IMG/VR virus record: IMGVR_UViG_3300002835_000134
Location: 8,626 to 72,625 of that record
Source: a virus
Reading direction: 5' to 3' (one strand)
DNA length: 64,000 bases
Part shown: piece by piece, positions 37,401 to 47,701 of the stretch
How the letters are laid out: the number at the start of each line of letters is the position of its first letter
Position numbering within the stretch: position 1 is the first letter of the stretch
The notes under the pieces: generated by a model
Told to the model about the DNA's origin: nothing
Seen by the model: only the letters and a program-made list of their open reading frames with translations
The model's database searches: none
Translations under genes and position numbers: made by a program

Positions 37401-40400
37401 TTGATGTACGAGCTAAATGGTGGCCCAGGAAACACATCTGGAAGCGGAATGCATCTTCGTGGCGGATCAATTGCATCTATAATTCGTGGAGTTACGCAAA
37501 GAGGAAGACACTATAAAGCAAAAGCATTGCTAGATGATGCTGGAATTCCTATTAACAAATTACAAAACTCTGTTTATCCATTCTCACACTCACTTAATTT
37601 AAAAATAAGAGGTGGCGGAACAGCGTCAGCAAGAGAGTTTATAGACGTATTTGAATCACCAGACTCACTTAGATTAGCTAATGTTGTTTTAGATAGAAGT
37701 GGCTTAAAGCCAATAACTTCAATACAGCATCAAGCTATTAGAAAATATTTAAATGATCCTACCAAGGTAGATCCATCTAAAGAATTAACAGAAGCTGGTT
37801 TTGGTTCTGAGTTAACAAAAGCATACCTATCTGCTGGAGTTAGCAAAGATCAGATAAGTGCAATTGCAGCAAAGCATACAATGAGATTTGCTTTCCCAGG
37901 CACTGGAACAATTGTTGAAAGAAGAGACGCTTTGATTAAAAAGCTTCAAGATAAATATCCAGATGCCTCATTCTCGATAGATAAAAGATCAAATAATAAT
38001 ATAGTTGTAAAAATACCAGGACAAAAAGCATTTAAAATTGAGCATGAAGCTACAAGATCTATACACGGTGCAACTGGAGGAGTGTCTTATGAAACATTAA
38101 GACAGGATATTCCAGCAGGCGCTACTGCAGATGGAAAACTTGCATATGGGCATATTCCGTTAGACGAAACATTGTTAAATGCAGGAGGAATGGTACCTGG
38201 GAAATTTGCAAAAAGACTATTTGGCGGAGGAAGATTATTCCTTGGAATGCCTAAAACACTTAAGCAGGTAGAAGCCCAAAGAGCTCAAAAGGCTGCAATG
38301 GAAAAAGCAAGCGCTGCAGTAAATAATTCTAGATTTGCAAAAAAGCCTATTACACAATATGGAGATTTGTTAGAGCCAACTTCAGGTAGAAGCTTCCCAG
38401 TTCAAGGCATAGGAGGAGTTTATTCAAAGAACGGAGATAAGGTTTTTGTAAAGCCTGTCTTAGATGAAAAGGCTGCATTGGCTGAAATGAGAGCTACTCA
38501 AATTGCTCGTGAAGTACATGGATTAAATGCTCCAAACCAAAAAATTGTAGTTATGAGAGACCCTTCAGATCCAACAGGCAAGCGTAAACTTCTTGCACTT
38601 GAATCAAAGTATGACGAAGCATTTGCAAAGCAAGATGGTAAATTTGACGAAGACCAATATTTTAGACAGCTAACAGCTTCAGCATTACGTGGAGACAAAG
38701 ACCTAGGAAGAGGAAATCTATCAGGTAATGTTCTAGCGGATGTAGGTACAGCTGGAGTTTTTGCAACCGCCTCTGGTGTTAGAGATTACTCTGCAACAAT
38801 GCCATCATTTAAAGATCAAGCTGTAATTAATTTGTTGGGTAAAAAAGGAAGCTCTGCAAAAAGATTCTTTGCAGAATCTACATTGGATATACCAAAGGGA
38901 ATGACTGCAGAACAGTATAATGATCGCATGCTTAAAGAGATCAACGATGCTTTGCCTAAGCTCAAGCAAACTGTTGCAACTTTCCCTGATTTAACTGCAG
39001 AAGAAAGAATTATATATCATGCAATGATTAAAAGACTTTCTGATGCAAGAAAGCCAAATGCAAATTATGCAGATCTACATGGCATACATTCTGCAGTACA
39101 AATATCTGAGCCAAAATCACTCACTCCTGCAGCAATTGCTAAAATGATTGCAGCAGATGAATTAAAGCGCAGACAGTCTGGACATTCAGTAAGCTTATCA
39201 GACGCTAGCTTTAAAACAGCTAGTAACGGATTTGCAATTGGTGGATTAATCGGCAATGTGCTTAAGGGCAGGGCAATGCATAGAATTGGTGCAGGCTTTG
39301 GACCAACAGGGGCACCTAAGCCAAGCATGTATGAGTCAGCTCCCTGGGGAGTAAATTCATTATCTATTGAAATGGCTGACAAACTATTTGCAAATACAGG
39401 GCTAAGAAAGCACACTCAAAAATTATTTTACGATAAGTTTGCAGCAGCATTAGCAAAAGAAAAACCTTACGGATATGTAAAAATGCCAGATGGTACATTA
39501 AAGAACGGACTTGAGCCAGACGTATTAGATTCCGTTATAAGATCAGCAGCATCAGATTTAATCGGGGATAGAAATGTATTAAAGCAATTATCTCCAATTG
39601 ATAAAGACATCTTAAGGCAAAAGTATCTGAACTGGGATTCTAAAAAAGATACTCCACTTACAGATTCTTTAAAGAAAATAATATTTAGTTTAGAGGGCAG
39701 AGAAAAGGGAGGACCAGTAAATGCTGGACAAGCATATGTAGTTGGAGAAAAAGGACCTGAGCTATTTGTTCCTAGAAATTCAGGCGGAATTGTTCCTAAT
39801 AAAGCTACAATGGCACAAGGATATAACACAGGTGGATTCATTAAGATGATGCTTATGCAGATGCTTGGTTATCAGGGCGGAATGACTTTAGGAAAGATGA
39901 GCGGAATTCCTGGCGGAGATATTATTGGTGGAATGTTAGGTGGTATGCTAGGCATGGGCTCAATGGGTGGCGGAGGAAAACAAACTCCTATGACATCAAA
40001 GAGTAAATGGACAGCTCCTATGGGTGCAACAACCCCAGGAGCAAAAGTTCCATTTGCAGATGGACTTAAAGAGACAAAGAATTTAACTGCATACGGAACC
40101 AGACTAGAAGCACTTTCTAATAGCACAAATAAGTTTGCCAAGTTTGGAGGCTTTGCACTCAAAGCTGTAACTAGATTAAACCTTGCAGTAGGACTTGGTG
40201 CAACAGCAATATATCTTGCAAATAAAAGATGGCAAGATCATAGAGAGCATCTTAGAATTGGCGCACTTCAATATGGCCTAACAGAAGAAGCTGCTAAAAA
40301 AGCAGGCCTTAAATTTACTGACTATAGCTCAAAGCTTGCAGATACAGCGGCAAACATAAAAGCATTAAGAGAAAAGAATCAACTTCTTTATGAGAGCATG

Positions 40401-42500
40401 CAACTTGCTGGAACCCCAATAAAGCTTACAATCGAAGAATACAAAAAATTGAGAGCAGAAGTTAAATCTTCCTATGCAGATCAAATTAAATTAATTAATC
40501 AGACTAAGGGTGACGGAAATACAAAGAAGCTTGCAATGGACCTAAAGGTTCAATTAATGGCTGCGGGAATGTCTGCAGAAGAGGCAACTAAGAAAATTTG
40601 GGCAATGTTTAAAATGTCTGAAAAAGCTAAAGATGCTGGAGCGTTTACATTAGGAAACGCAGGATTTAATAAAATTGAAACAAAGCAAGACGCTGCAGCA
40701 AATGCAGTAGCAAGATATAGAACGGCAGCAGCGGAAGGCGGAGTAGAAGGAGCTAACCAGGTAAACACTGGACTAACAGCAATTGATACAGGAATACAAG
40801 ACTTAATTGATAAGAGCAAGGCGGAAAATAAAAAAGATAAAAGCAAGCCAATACTAACTCAATACGAAGCTCAAGAAAAATTAATGAAGAGGCTTAATGC
40901 CCTAGAGTCTTCAAAGATTAAGCTTACTGCAGCAACTAGAGCGGAAATGATTAAGCAAAACCCTGCTCTTGAAAAGGTACTCAATCCAGCAGACACACTT
41001 GTAAGCTTGTTTGAAAAAATGAATCTCGCATCTAAAGGATTCACTGGCAACCTTTCAGAGCTTGGCTCTGAGGCTGTATCGGCTTTATCTAGAGTTGCAG
41101 ATGTTGCTGCTGCAACAATTGAATCACAGAATAAAAATGGAGCATTAAAAACACAGTATGCCGAGCTAGGAAGACTGGAAAGTCGATATAAATCATTGGC
41201 TCAAGCGGCTAAGGGACAATCTGTTGCACAGCAAATAAGCACAAGAGATCAGTTAAAGGGATTGCAAAAGCAAATTGATGCAAACAATAAGCTTGCAGAC
41301 TCAAGACTAAAAGCACTTGATGCTGCAAAACAAGAAGGCGACCTAGCAAATGAAATTGCTAAAAAGAAAATTGAGTACGACTCTGCAATAGCAAGAGGAG
41401 ATACAGCTACCGCTCAACAAGCAGGTCTAGATGTAAAGCAGCTTGAGTCAACAATGCAATACAACTCACAGAAAAAATCAATTGAAGATTCTAGAGATAG
41501 AATTAATGCAAAAATTCAACTTAAGATTGATGGAATTAACGATGCACAAGAAAAGCTGGGAGACAAAGCCAACCTAGCTGGAGAACAGCTTACAAAGCTT
41601 GCAACTACAATTGAAACAAAGAGACAAAAAATTGAAGACTATAATAAAGCAATGCTAACTCTTACACTAAATGCACTTGCGCTAAACAAAACAGTTGATC
41701 AATATATTAAAGATACAAAAGCTGGAAAGGGCGATGCAGCAAGTCTTCTAACAACTGGCAAAGCAGTTGGCGCTTACAAGGGAGATCTTAAGGGAATAGA
41801 TGTCGGAGCAGAAGCAAAGAAGCTAATGGGCGAAACCTCATCTGGAATTGCGGCAGCATTATCTTCAAAGGGAATCGACATGAAGGGTGGAGACATTCTT
41901 ATTAACAACAAGAAGGTTGATTTTAAGAATGAATCAAAAAATACAGAATTTAAAGCATCTGTGTCACACCCAGGAGTACAATCTAAAACTTTTGGCAAGG
42001 GTCCTAAAGCCAAAACAATAATGACAGTAGACTCAATGTCATTACACGCACAAGGTATTGATGCTTCAATAGGAAGTGTATTTACACAAGGAACTCAAAA
42101 ATACAAGATTACTGGGGTAGATAACGCCTACCTTAGAACCATGAGAGTAGAAAAAGCTGGTTACGGAACAACAAAGCTTAATCCAAATATTCCTACAATC
42201 GTAGGAGATCGTGGCCCAGAAATGGCGTTTGGCGGAATGGTTATTCCTAACATGTCTAAGATTCCATTTGCTTCCCCAAGATACGATGTAAACCAAGCTG
42301 CAAAGATGTTTGAGCCAATGCAGCAAAGCAACAAAGCTGGTGTAATTAATCTTACTCAAAACATATACCCATCTGAAGGAATGAATACAGATGCATTTGT
42401 TAGACAAGTTGTTTCAATGACAAAGCAAGCTATTGGACAAGATAGTAAACTAAATGCTAAAATGGTAGGAAACCCAATGAATGTGAGTATTAAAACATGA
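34470..42500 (+). CDS. Tape measure protein (2676 aa) with internal cargo domains
   Basis: TP901-type TMP core (GR.LTVGLTVP, EN.T..SL.DL.EAI), helical repeats, FADGG/GE.GPE modules. Confidence 0.92.
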   Translation: MADNNLTTFITANADFTSLRTQLAAVTAQLVKLQETTAGTNAKLANQIAVMNKSFATTLTSTGQFSQHFVSLTSDVDKFGRNLDRGRLKLNEYYNAWSGHTKKTSNLVRELAKQQVMLQQAIVQPVGKNAQGLMQYNVMVAKGLDEVKNKMAIATQQAAIMNKVMLDGSTGLINWGKNTQWAGRQLTVGLTVPLIAFGAAAQKAFKEADQELVRLTKVYGGLAATSSADLAQVRKDISATAKEIASSYGVAYKETIALAADLAATGQQGNDLIAATQQTTRLAVLGEVDRQEAMKATLAIQNAFKQSTDELTASIDFLNAVENQTSTSLADLTEAIPKAGPVVKSLGGDVKDLALYLTAMKEGGVNASEGANAIKSAMASLINPTKVATEQFMGFGIDLKGIVNDNAGNLTETIMDLQSALDQLNPLDKSRAIEQLFGKFQYARMSALFENLGKSGSQTLQVMDLMKASAVELAGISERELKMITESASGQFKRAWAAVQADLATVGEQFLRISTKVLKVVDAIINFFKALPGPVKTFLNALGGITAIAGPLIMMAGVMGNFIGYVVKGIFHLRQLAKGGQGFRLLTPEIIAADAAAKGLATSFYSDSEATIVLKNAVDTLAASFTGLETRANAAKVAVQPAISTVAGSVLAAGGVGQRIVDKSNPLIGEPYSRDMSHMIPAQTNQPGTIFGTVPGAAPVNIRIGKNPQAYMNADMPKIPGVTSVNGISTGVVAAEAAKWHAMTAAIAMQSEAEIKLLKTEVMATGTVTSSLSDSYQALLPQFSEITQLAAAETQAIVQQLQASKITVEQARAKVIQLNATVEAMLAETTALTAQSMGRTANLTTVPFTSQPVVDPATGKSNMKEMFHKGSTKNLVDKIARALGGVRTSGAGYNIQTTKPKFADGGIVPGTGNTDTYHTTAEAGSFVINKKSTQENMPIISSLLGGTPKFADGGQVPVVLTPGEAVIPAEVAQKNMPLMYELNGGPGNTSGSGMHLRGGSIASIIRGVTQRGRHYKAKALLDDAGIPINKLQNSVYPFSHSLNLKIRGGGTASAREFIDVFESPDSLRLANVVLDRSGLKPITSIQHQAIRKYLNDPTKVDPSKELTEAGFGSELTKAYLSAGVSKDQISAIAAKHTMRFAFPGTGTIVERRDALIKKLQDKYPDASFSIDKRSNNNIVVKIPGQKAFKIEHEATRSIHGATGGVSYETLRQDIPAGATADGKLAYGHIPLDETLLNAGGMVPGKFAKRLFGGGRLFLGMPKTLKQVEAQRAQKAAMEKASAAVNNSRFAKKPITQYGDLLEPTSGRSFPVQGIGGVYSKNGDKVFVKPVLDEKAALAEMRATQIAREVHGLNAPNQKIVVMRDPSDPTGKRKLLALESKYDEAFAKQDGKFDEDQYFRQLTASALRGDKDLGRGNLSGNVLADVGTAGVFATASGVRDYSATMPSFKDQAVINLLGKKGSSAKRFFAESTLDIPKGMTAEQYNDRMLKEINDALPKLKQTVATFPDLTAEERIIYHAMIKRLSDARKPNANYADLHGIHSAVQISEPKSLTPAAIAKMIAADELKRRQSGHSVSLSDASFKTASNGFAIGGLIGNVLKGRAMHRIGAGFGPTGAPKPSMYESAPWGVNSLSIEMADKLFANTGLRKHTQKLFYDKFAAALAKEKPYGYVKMPDGTLKNGLEPDVLDSVIRSAASDLIGDRNVLKQLSPIDKDILRQKYLNWDSKKDTPLTDSLKKIIFSLEGREKGGPVNAGQAYVVGEKGPELFVPRNSGGIVPNKATMAQGYNTGGFIKMMLMQMLGYQGGMTLGKMSGIPGGDIIGGMLGGMLGMGSMGGGGKQTPMTSKSKWTAPMGATTPGAKVPFADGLKETKNLTAYGTRLEALSNSTNKFAKFGGFALKAVTRLNLAVGLGATAIYLANKRWQDHREHLRIGALQYGLTEEAAKKAGLKFTDYSSKLADTAANIKALREKNQLLYESMQLAGTPIKLTIEEYKKLRAEVKSSYADQIKLINQTKGDGNTKKLAMDLKVQLMAAGMSAEEATKKIWAMFKMSEKAKDAGAFTLGNAGFNKIETKQDAAANAVARYRTAAAEGGVEGANQVNTGLTAIDTGIQDLIDKSKAENKKDKSKPILTQYEAQEKLMKRLNALESSKIKLTAATRAEMIKQNPALEKVLNPADTLVSLFEKMNLASKGFTGNLSELGSEAVSALSRVADVAAATIESQNKNGALKTQYAELGRLESRYKSLAQAAKGQSVAQQISTRDQLKGLQKQIDANNKLADSRLKALDAAKQEGDLANEIAKKKIEYDSAIARGDTATAQQAGLDVKQLESTMQYNSQKKSIEDSRDRINAKIQLKIDGINDAQEKLGDKANLAGEQLTKLATTIETKRQKIEDYNKAMLTLTLNALALNKTVDQYIKDTKAGKGDAASLLTTGKAVGAYKGDLKGIDVGAEAKKLMGETSSGIAAALSSKGIDMKGGDILINNKKVDFKNESKNTEFKASVSHPGVQSKTFGKGPKAKTIMTVDSMSLHAQGIDASIGSVFTQGTQKYKITGVDNAYLRTMRVEKAGYGTTKLNPNIPTIVGDRGPEMAFGGMVIPNMSKIPFASPRYDVNQAAKMFEPMQQSNKAGVINLTQNIYPSEGMNTDAFVRQVVSMTKQAIGQDSKLNAKMVGNPMNVSIKT

Positions 42501-42958
42501 CAATGACTTTGCCAGTAGGATCAGTTCTATACCTTGATACCTCTTTAACAGATACCCCAACTTGGGTTAAGCTTTCAGAACATAATAGGTCACCAATTTC
42601 AATTGATACTGAGAGGATTGAAAAGACTCAAAGAATGTCTGGCGGGACACTTAGAAAAGTATGGATTGCTGATAAGAAAACTATAAATACTAGTTGGAGC
42701 ATGCTGCCAACAAATGACGCCATGACTGTTGATGGCGGATATGGAGCGGCTTCTATTAGAGCGTTTTATCATGGAGACAAGGGAAAGAATACATTTAAGG
42801 TAAAGATATCATACAATGGAGTTGCGGCTAGAGACGAGATACTATTAATGTCATTTACATCATGTTCATTTACCGTGGTTAAGAGAAATGTAAAAGAAAA
42901 GACTGCTGATTCTCCACAAGAATTTTGGGATGTTTCTATAGGCCTGGAAGAAGTATAA
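42497..42958 (+). CDS. Distal-tail-like protein
   Basis: First gene after TMP; RM.GG.LR....ADK......W..LP. Confidence 0.6.
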   Translation: MTMTLPVGSVLYLDTSLTDTPTWVKLSEHNRSPISIDTERIEKTQRMSGGTLRKVWIADKKTINTSWSMLPTNDAMTVDGGYGAASIRAFYHGDKGKNTFKVKISYNGVAARDEILLMSFTSCSFTVVKRNVKEKTADSPQEFWDVSIGLEEV

Positions 42959-45900
42959 TGTTAACAGCAGCACCTGAAACAATAACTACTCTAAATCAAT
43001 CTCAATCAATATCTATGCAAAATGGATGCTGGGTTGAATATAATATGAATGCATTGATTGATGGGGCAAAGATTGATGATCCAAACGGTGTACTCACTGT
43101 AACAAAAACAGACCAAACATCAGGATACACATACAAGCCATTTGAAAAGCTATTCCCAGTATCATCAATTCTTGATCCAAGAAGACCAAAATTTGCGGGA
43201 ATTAAATATTTAATCCTAGATGACCCAAGCACAGCAAAAGATAAAGCTTCAGGAGTTATAGGTAAGTATAATACTGCAGCAAATTTTCCAGCTAGATTAT
43301 ATTTCTCTGGCTCTAAAATGGTTTATAAATACTGGGTAACTCCACAAGCAGCAGCGGGATCAACATCATTATCTAATTGCGTATTGACTGCAGTATACCC
43401 AGCAGGCAAAACTGCAGTTACAAATAAGATAGTAGTTAAATTTGAAACGTCACACTCAAAACCAGTTAATTGGTCTCTTAAATTAATAGGACTTACTGGG
43501 ACTGAAGTTCCCGTGGTATCGAACATTACAGTCACAGATGACATGAAGGGCGTAGTAAACCTATACTGGAACGGAACAGCATGGACAACAACAGAATTTA
43601 CAACTCCCTCTGCAGGAGTTGATTTAAGCGGACTTAAACTAGAAATATCTTCATTAGATACAGCAGGCGGGTTTGTGGGAGTAATAGAGCTATCACCTAG
43701 ATATGTAGTAGATATCACAAGCAGATTAGTTTCAATGACTATAAACAAGTCTTCATCAGACGACGTATCTGGAATAATTCCAGTAGGAGATGTCACATCC
43801 AACTCTATATTCTTAGATATAAATGGATACGACAGAGCATACGAATCTTATGACAAAAGCGTAGCATTTAATAAAAACAAATTTAATTTATACAAAGACG
43901 TAATAATCAAGCCATTTGTAAAAATTGGATCAGACAAGATTAGTCTAGGCGTGTTTTACACAGAATCATTTTCAGTAAGCGAGTTTGGAGATATCAGCCT
44001 AACAGGTCTTGATGGAGCCAAAGAGCTACAGTACATTAAGCCACCAGATATTGTTTGCAACGATATGACATCGGTTGCTATTATAAGAAGGCTGCTAGAT
44101 TCAGTTGGGTTTACTAATTATAACTTTAACCTTACGACTACAGATACAACTGTTATAACACCATATCACTGGTATACAGATAATAGCAAGACGGTATGGC
44201 AACACATACAAGATCTTTGTAAAGACACACAGATGATAGCAACGTTTGACGAATTTGATGTTTTACAATTTTACCCAAGAGACTATATATTTAAAGCAGA
44301 CAAGCAAACTAGCTTTAAACTAAGAGACAGAAATATAGGATCTAATCTTGCAAATATTTCTTCTATTTCAATTGAAAATGTTCCATCAGTTAAAGCCGTT
44401 AAGATAGTTTACACACCTCAGCTTGTAAGTTCATACAGAGGAACAGGAGAAAATTTATATGATGCCCCAGTCATAACACTAGGAGCATCTGCTATAGTAA
44501 ATAACATTCTGCCAACACAGCCGTCTTATACAAACAACTCAGGAGAGGTTGCAAGCAAGGGAATAGTCTCTTGTGAACCAGTAGTAATTTCTGGACTAGG
44601 TTCAGCTCAATATACATTTAGCGGGTATCTTGTTATAGAAAAAGAAATAATAGAATATGATGCCATAGAATACAGCTACACAGAGATAGGCACTGGAACT
44701 ACAAAGTATAAGTGGATAGCAACAGATTCCGATGTTGCTAAATTTCAGGGGCTTGCTACTCCATCATCATTTAAACCAACTAACAATTATAGAATTAAAA
44801 CAAGAAATGCATTCGGTGTACTTGGTCCAGTAACCGCTTCTTATACACAAGCAGCAATGGATAAAGACATGACACACCTTTTAGGAAACTCCGATGACGG
44901 CTGGACACAAAAAGAATGGAACTCGGAGACTGGAGTGTTTACAGATAGTCCAGGATCAATGTTAACCACAAGCATTCCTCAATATGATCCAAAAGGCTCA
45001 GATGGGCAAAGACTTTTATATAATGGTGTTTCTAGATCTATGGCTACAATATTTGCTAAAGACGTTAAGTACGTGCCAAGCCCTGATCCAGCAAAACCAA
45101 CTGATGACAAATACATTCCAAATAAAATATATAAAATTGCAACAGCTGAAGCTCAGTATAACTCTAGCCCTGATAAAGCATTTGTAATTGGCGCCAATAT
45201 GTATTTTCCATTAATGGTAGATAAAGATACAAAGAAGCAAACGGGCAACCAGATGACAATTGCTGGAATTGCATTTTCATTAAGCGCAGATAATAAAAGC
45301 GGCTACCTACTGTCTATTGGAACTTCTCAGAATAACAACGGAGATAAGACATACAGAGATGTTAATTTCTATAAGATAGTTGCTGGCAAGCCTGTGGCCA
45401 TGATAACAAGCCAAAAAGACGCAGACGGAACTATTATAACAAACATAAATGGCGGAGATTTATATAAGGTTGAAATTAAAGCAATGACTATTATGAATGG
45501 CTCTACAGAAAATAGAGTATTTAAAATTTCATTAAATGGAAAGATAATAGGAGTTACAGATTCTTCACCACTTACCCTTACAAATAAAATAGGAATAGCC
45601 TCACTACAGGGAACAACATCATTCGATTATGTTTACACAGCAAGCCTTACAAAAGAAGAATTTGGAGCCACTACTTCATTTGATGCTTATGCAGGATTTC
45701 TTTCAACCAACTCGTCCATGGTAAAATCATTTAGCGATTTTATATTTAATAAGAGTGATAAGCCAAAGACAGATGTATGGCTAAGGGAGTTCGGTCCAGT
45801 CGCCCGTGAGCTAAGAAGAATAACTGGAAGATACACAAACTCTCCAGGCTATCCCCTATATCCAGTAATAGTTCAAAACAATGACGTAACCCTAGTAGGA

Positions 45901-46374
45901 TCTTCCCTTGACCCATTTACAATGGATGTATTTGTTATGAATAATACTGGAACGTTTACCGACCTTGCCAATGGCCAGCAAAAATCATTTGTTATTGTGG
46001 GTAATCAAATAACCCCATCAGACTCATTTGAATACATTGACCCTAAGCTTACCGATGCAGATAGGGCGGAAGAAATTGCATTTGATTCCCTATGGATACA
46101 AAAAGAAACAGAGGCAGCCAAGCTATCTGAATGGATTACAAAACAATGGGCTAAGCAACAAAGGGTTGTCAGCATAGAGACATTTATTAATCCTTTAATA
46201 CAGATAGGCGATGTAGTTGAAATATCATATCCTAAAAACCAGCTTTATTCCTCAGAAGACGTAAACCCCCCATACCCAGTAGGGAAATATGTTGTTCTCA
46301 CAGTAGAAAATAGCTATGACGACCAAAGCGCACCTGTTACAAATTTAATGTGCAGATCGATTTATACTGGATGA
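42958..46374 (+). CDS. Tail tip/baseplate hub protein
   Basis: ~1140 aa; C-terminal NPLIQIGD.V.I motif; TAATG coupling. Confidence 0.65.
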   Translation: MLTAAPETITTLNQSQSISMQNGCWVEYNMNALIDGAKIDDPNGVLTVTKTDQTSGYTYKPFEKLFPVSSILDPRRPKFAGIKYLILDDPSTAKDKASGVIGKYNTAANFPARLYFSGSKMVYKYWVTPQAAAGSTSLSNCVLTAVYPAGKTAVTNKIVVKFETSHSKPVNWSLKLIGLTGTEVPVVSNITVTDDMKGVVNLYWNGTAWTTTEFTTPSAGVDLSGLKLEISSLDTAGGFVGVIELSPRYVVDITSRLVSMTINKSSSDDVSGIIPVGDVTSNSIFLDINGYDRAYESYDKSVAFNKNKFNLYKDVIIKPFVKIGSDKISLGVFYTESFSVSEFGDISLTGLDGAKELQYIKPPDIVCNDMTSVAIIRRLLDSVGFTNYNFNLTTTDTTVITPYHWYTDNSKTVWQHIQDLCKDTQMIATFDEFDVLQFYPRDYIFKADKQTSFKLRDRNIGSNLANISSISIENVPSVKAVKIVYTPQLVSSYRGTGENLYDAPVITLGASAIVNNILPTQPSYTNNSGEVASKGIVSCEPVVISGLGSAQYTFSGYLVIEKEIIEYDAIEYSYTEIGTGTTKYKWIATDSDVAKFQGLATPSSFKPTNNYRIKTRNAFGVLGPVTASYTQAAMDKDMTHLLGNSDDGWTQKEWNSETGVFTDSPGSMLTTSIPQYDPKGSDGQRLLYNGVSRSMATIFAKDVKYVPSPDPAKPTDDKYIPNKIYKIATAEAQYNSSPDKAFVIGANMYFPLMVDKDTKKQTGNQMTIAGIAFSLSADNKSGYLLSIGTSQNNNGDKTYRDVNFYKIVAGKPVAMITSQKDADGTIITNINGGDLYKVEIKAMTIMNGSTENRVFKISLNGKIIGVTDSSPLTLTNKIGIASLQGTTSFDYVYTASLTKEEFGATTSFDAYAGFLSTNSSMVKSFSDFIFNKSDKPKTDVWLREFGPVARELRRITGRYTNSPGYPLYPVIVQNNDVTLVGSSLDPFTMDVFVMNNTGTFTDLANGQQKSFVIVGNQITPSDSFEYIDPKLTDADRAEEIAFDSLWIQKETEAAKLSEWITKQWAKQQRVVSIETFINPLIQIGDVVEISYPKNQLYSSEDVNPPYPVGKYVVLTVENSYDDQSAPVTNLMCRSIYTG

Positions 46375-46391
46375 AATGGTAGAATGTTAAT

Positions 46392-46754
46392 ATGAGCAAC
46401 CAAAAACAACAGGCAGCTAAATCACCTAAAGCCAAGAAGTTATTATTATTTCCAGGAGATAAGCTTATAGAGGTCCTTAACCCAGACCTGTATCTAATTG
46501 TAGATCCGTCTACTTTAACTCAAGCAGAGATTCAAGGAATCCAAGATGATATAGAAGACTTCTTGGATGATGTTGAGGAAGAAATTGAAGATGACCCACT
46601 TGCTGGTCTTGGTGCTCCAAACCTAGAGGATATAACTTTAATAAGTAAAACGCTTGTAACAGATGGAAATAAAAATCAATACGTAGAATTTAAATTTAAT
46701 GTAAAAAATCATGTCGGAGCAGAAGTAGTAGGAGTAAATGGATATGGACAATAA
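46392..46754 (+). CDS. Hypothetical tail-region protein
   Basis: ORF with leaderless TAGAAT-N6-ATG start. Confidence 0.55.
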   Translation: MSNQKQQAAKSPKAKKLLLFPGDKLIEVLNPDLYLIVDPSTLTQAEIQGIQDDIEDFLDDVEEEIEDDPLAGLGAPNLEDITLISKTLVTDGNKNQYVEFKFNVKNHVGAEVVGVNGYGQ

Positions 46755-47700
46755 ATTGTTGTTACAAGGAGAGTACCGCTTTTATGAAGACGGGAAAGAA
46801 ATTTATAGATCTAAAAACATTCTCACCAAGTTTGGTAAGAGATATATAACCCAGTACCTGGCGGGGCAAGCAACAACAAACAATAAAGACATAGCTGTTG
46901 GAATAGGCTCAACCGTTGCATCAGAAAACAATACAGGATTAGATTTTGAATTTTATAGATCGCAGGTAAATATTTCAAGTGTTGATATACAGACAAGCAC
47001 AACATCAGGATTAAGCACCTATGGGGTTGTTTACAAAACAACCCTACCAGTAGATGTTTCTGGAATTGTTTCTGAAATTGGTTTATTCCCAAGTGTCACA
47101 CTTGGGTCAACAGACTATGCAAGCAAATCTATATCAACATTTTCAGATTATCAGCAATGGACAAATGATGACGGATCCTATTCAACAGCAGTTACTTCTC
47201 CAACTCCAAGAATTGGAGCAAATCATTTATCATTAACAGCAGCAGCTTCAAATAGTAAACAGTATTCATCCAGCATAGATATAGACATAAATGGGTATAG
47301 TCCAAATGACAGTCTTACACTTGCATATGTTCAAAGCGATTTAAATCTAGACTATGTATTTGTTAGATTCTATAGCTCTTCTACTAATTATTATGAAATC
47401 AGATATGCTGGAGACCCAGCAATTGGAAGCAAGATTAAACAATTAACTTTAAACAACCTGTACTCAAGTGGGTTTGGCGCTGGAACTCCAGACAAATCTT
47501 CAATAATTAAAGTATCGGTTGGAGCAAAAGCAAAATCTTCAGGCTCAACAAATGTATTATTTGATGGGCTTAGAATTAATGATGAAGATTCATTTAGATC
47601 AGATTATGGTCTTATTAGCAGATCTGTTCTTACAGACCCAATAAGAAAATCAATCGGAAGACAGATGGATATAGAATACAGATTAGGGTTAAACTTCTAA
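46738..47700 (+). CDS. Minor tail protein
   Basis: N.LT..G...I..YLAG, IAVG.G, L.FE..R, EIGLF motifs. Confidence 0.65.
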   Translation: MDMDNKLLLQGEYRFYEDGKEIYRSKNILTKFGKRYITQYLAGQATTNNKDIAVGIGSTVASENNTGLDFEFYRSQVNISSVDIQTSTTSGLSTYGVVYKTTLPVDVSGIVSEIGLFPSVTLGSTDYASKSISTFSDYQQWTNDDGSYSTAVTSPTPRIGANHLSLTAAASNSKQYSSSIDIDINGYSPNDSLTLAYVQSDLNLDYVFVRFYSSSTNYYEIRYAGDPAIGSKIKQLTLNNLYSSGFGAGTPDKSSIIKVSVGAKAKSSGSTNVLFDGLRINDEDSFRSDYGLISRSVLTDPIRKSIGRQMDIEYRLGLNF

Positions 47701-47701
47701 A

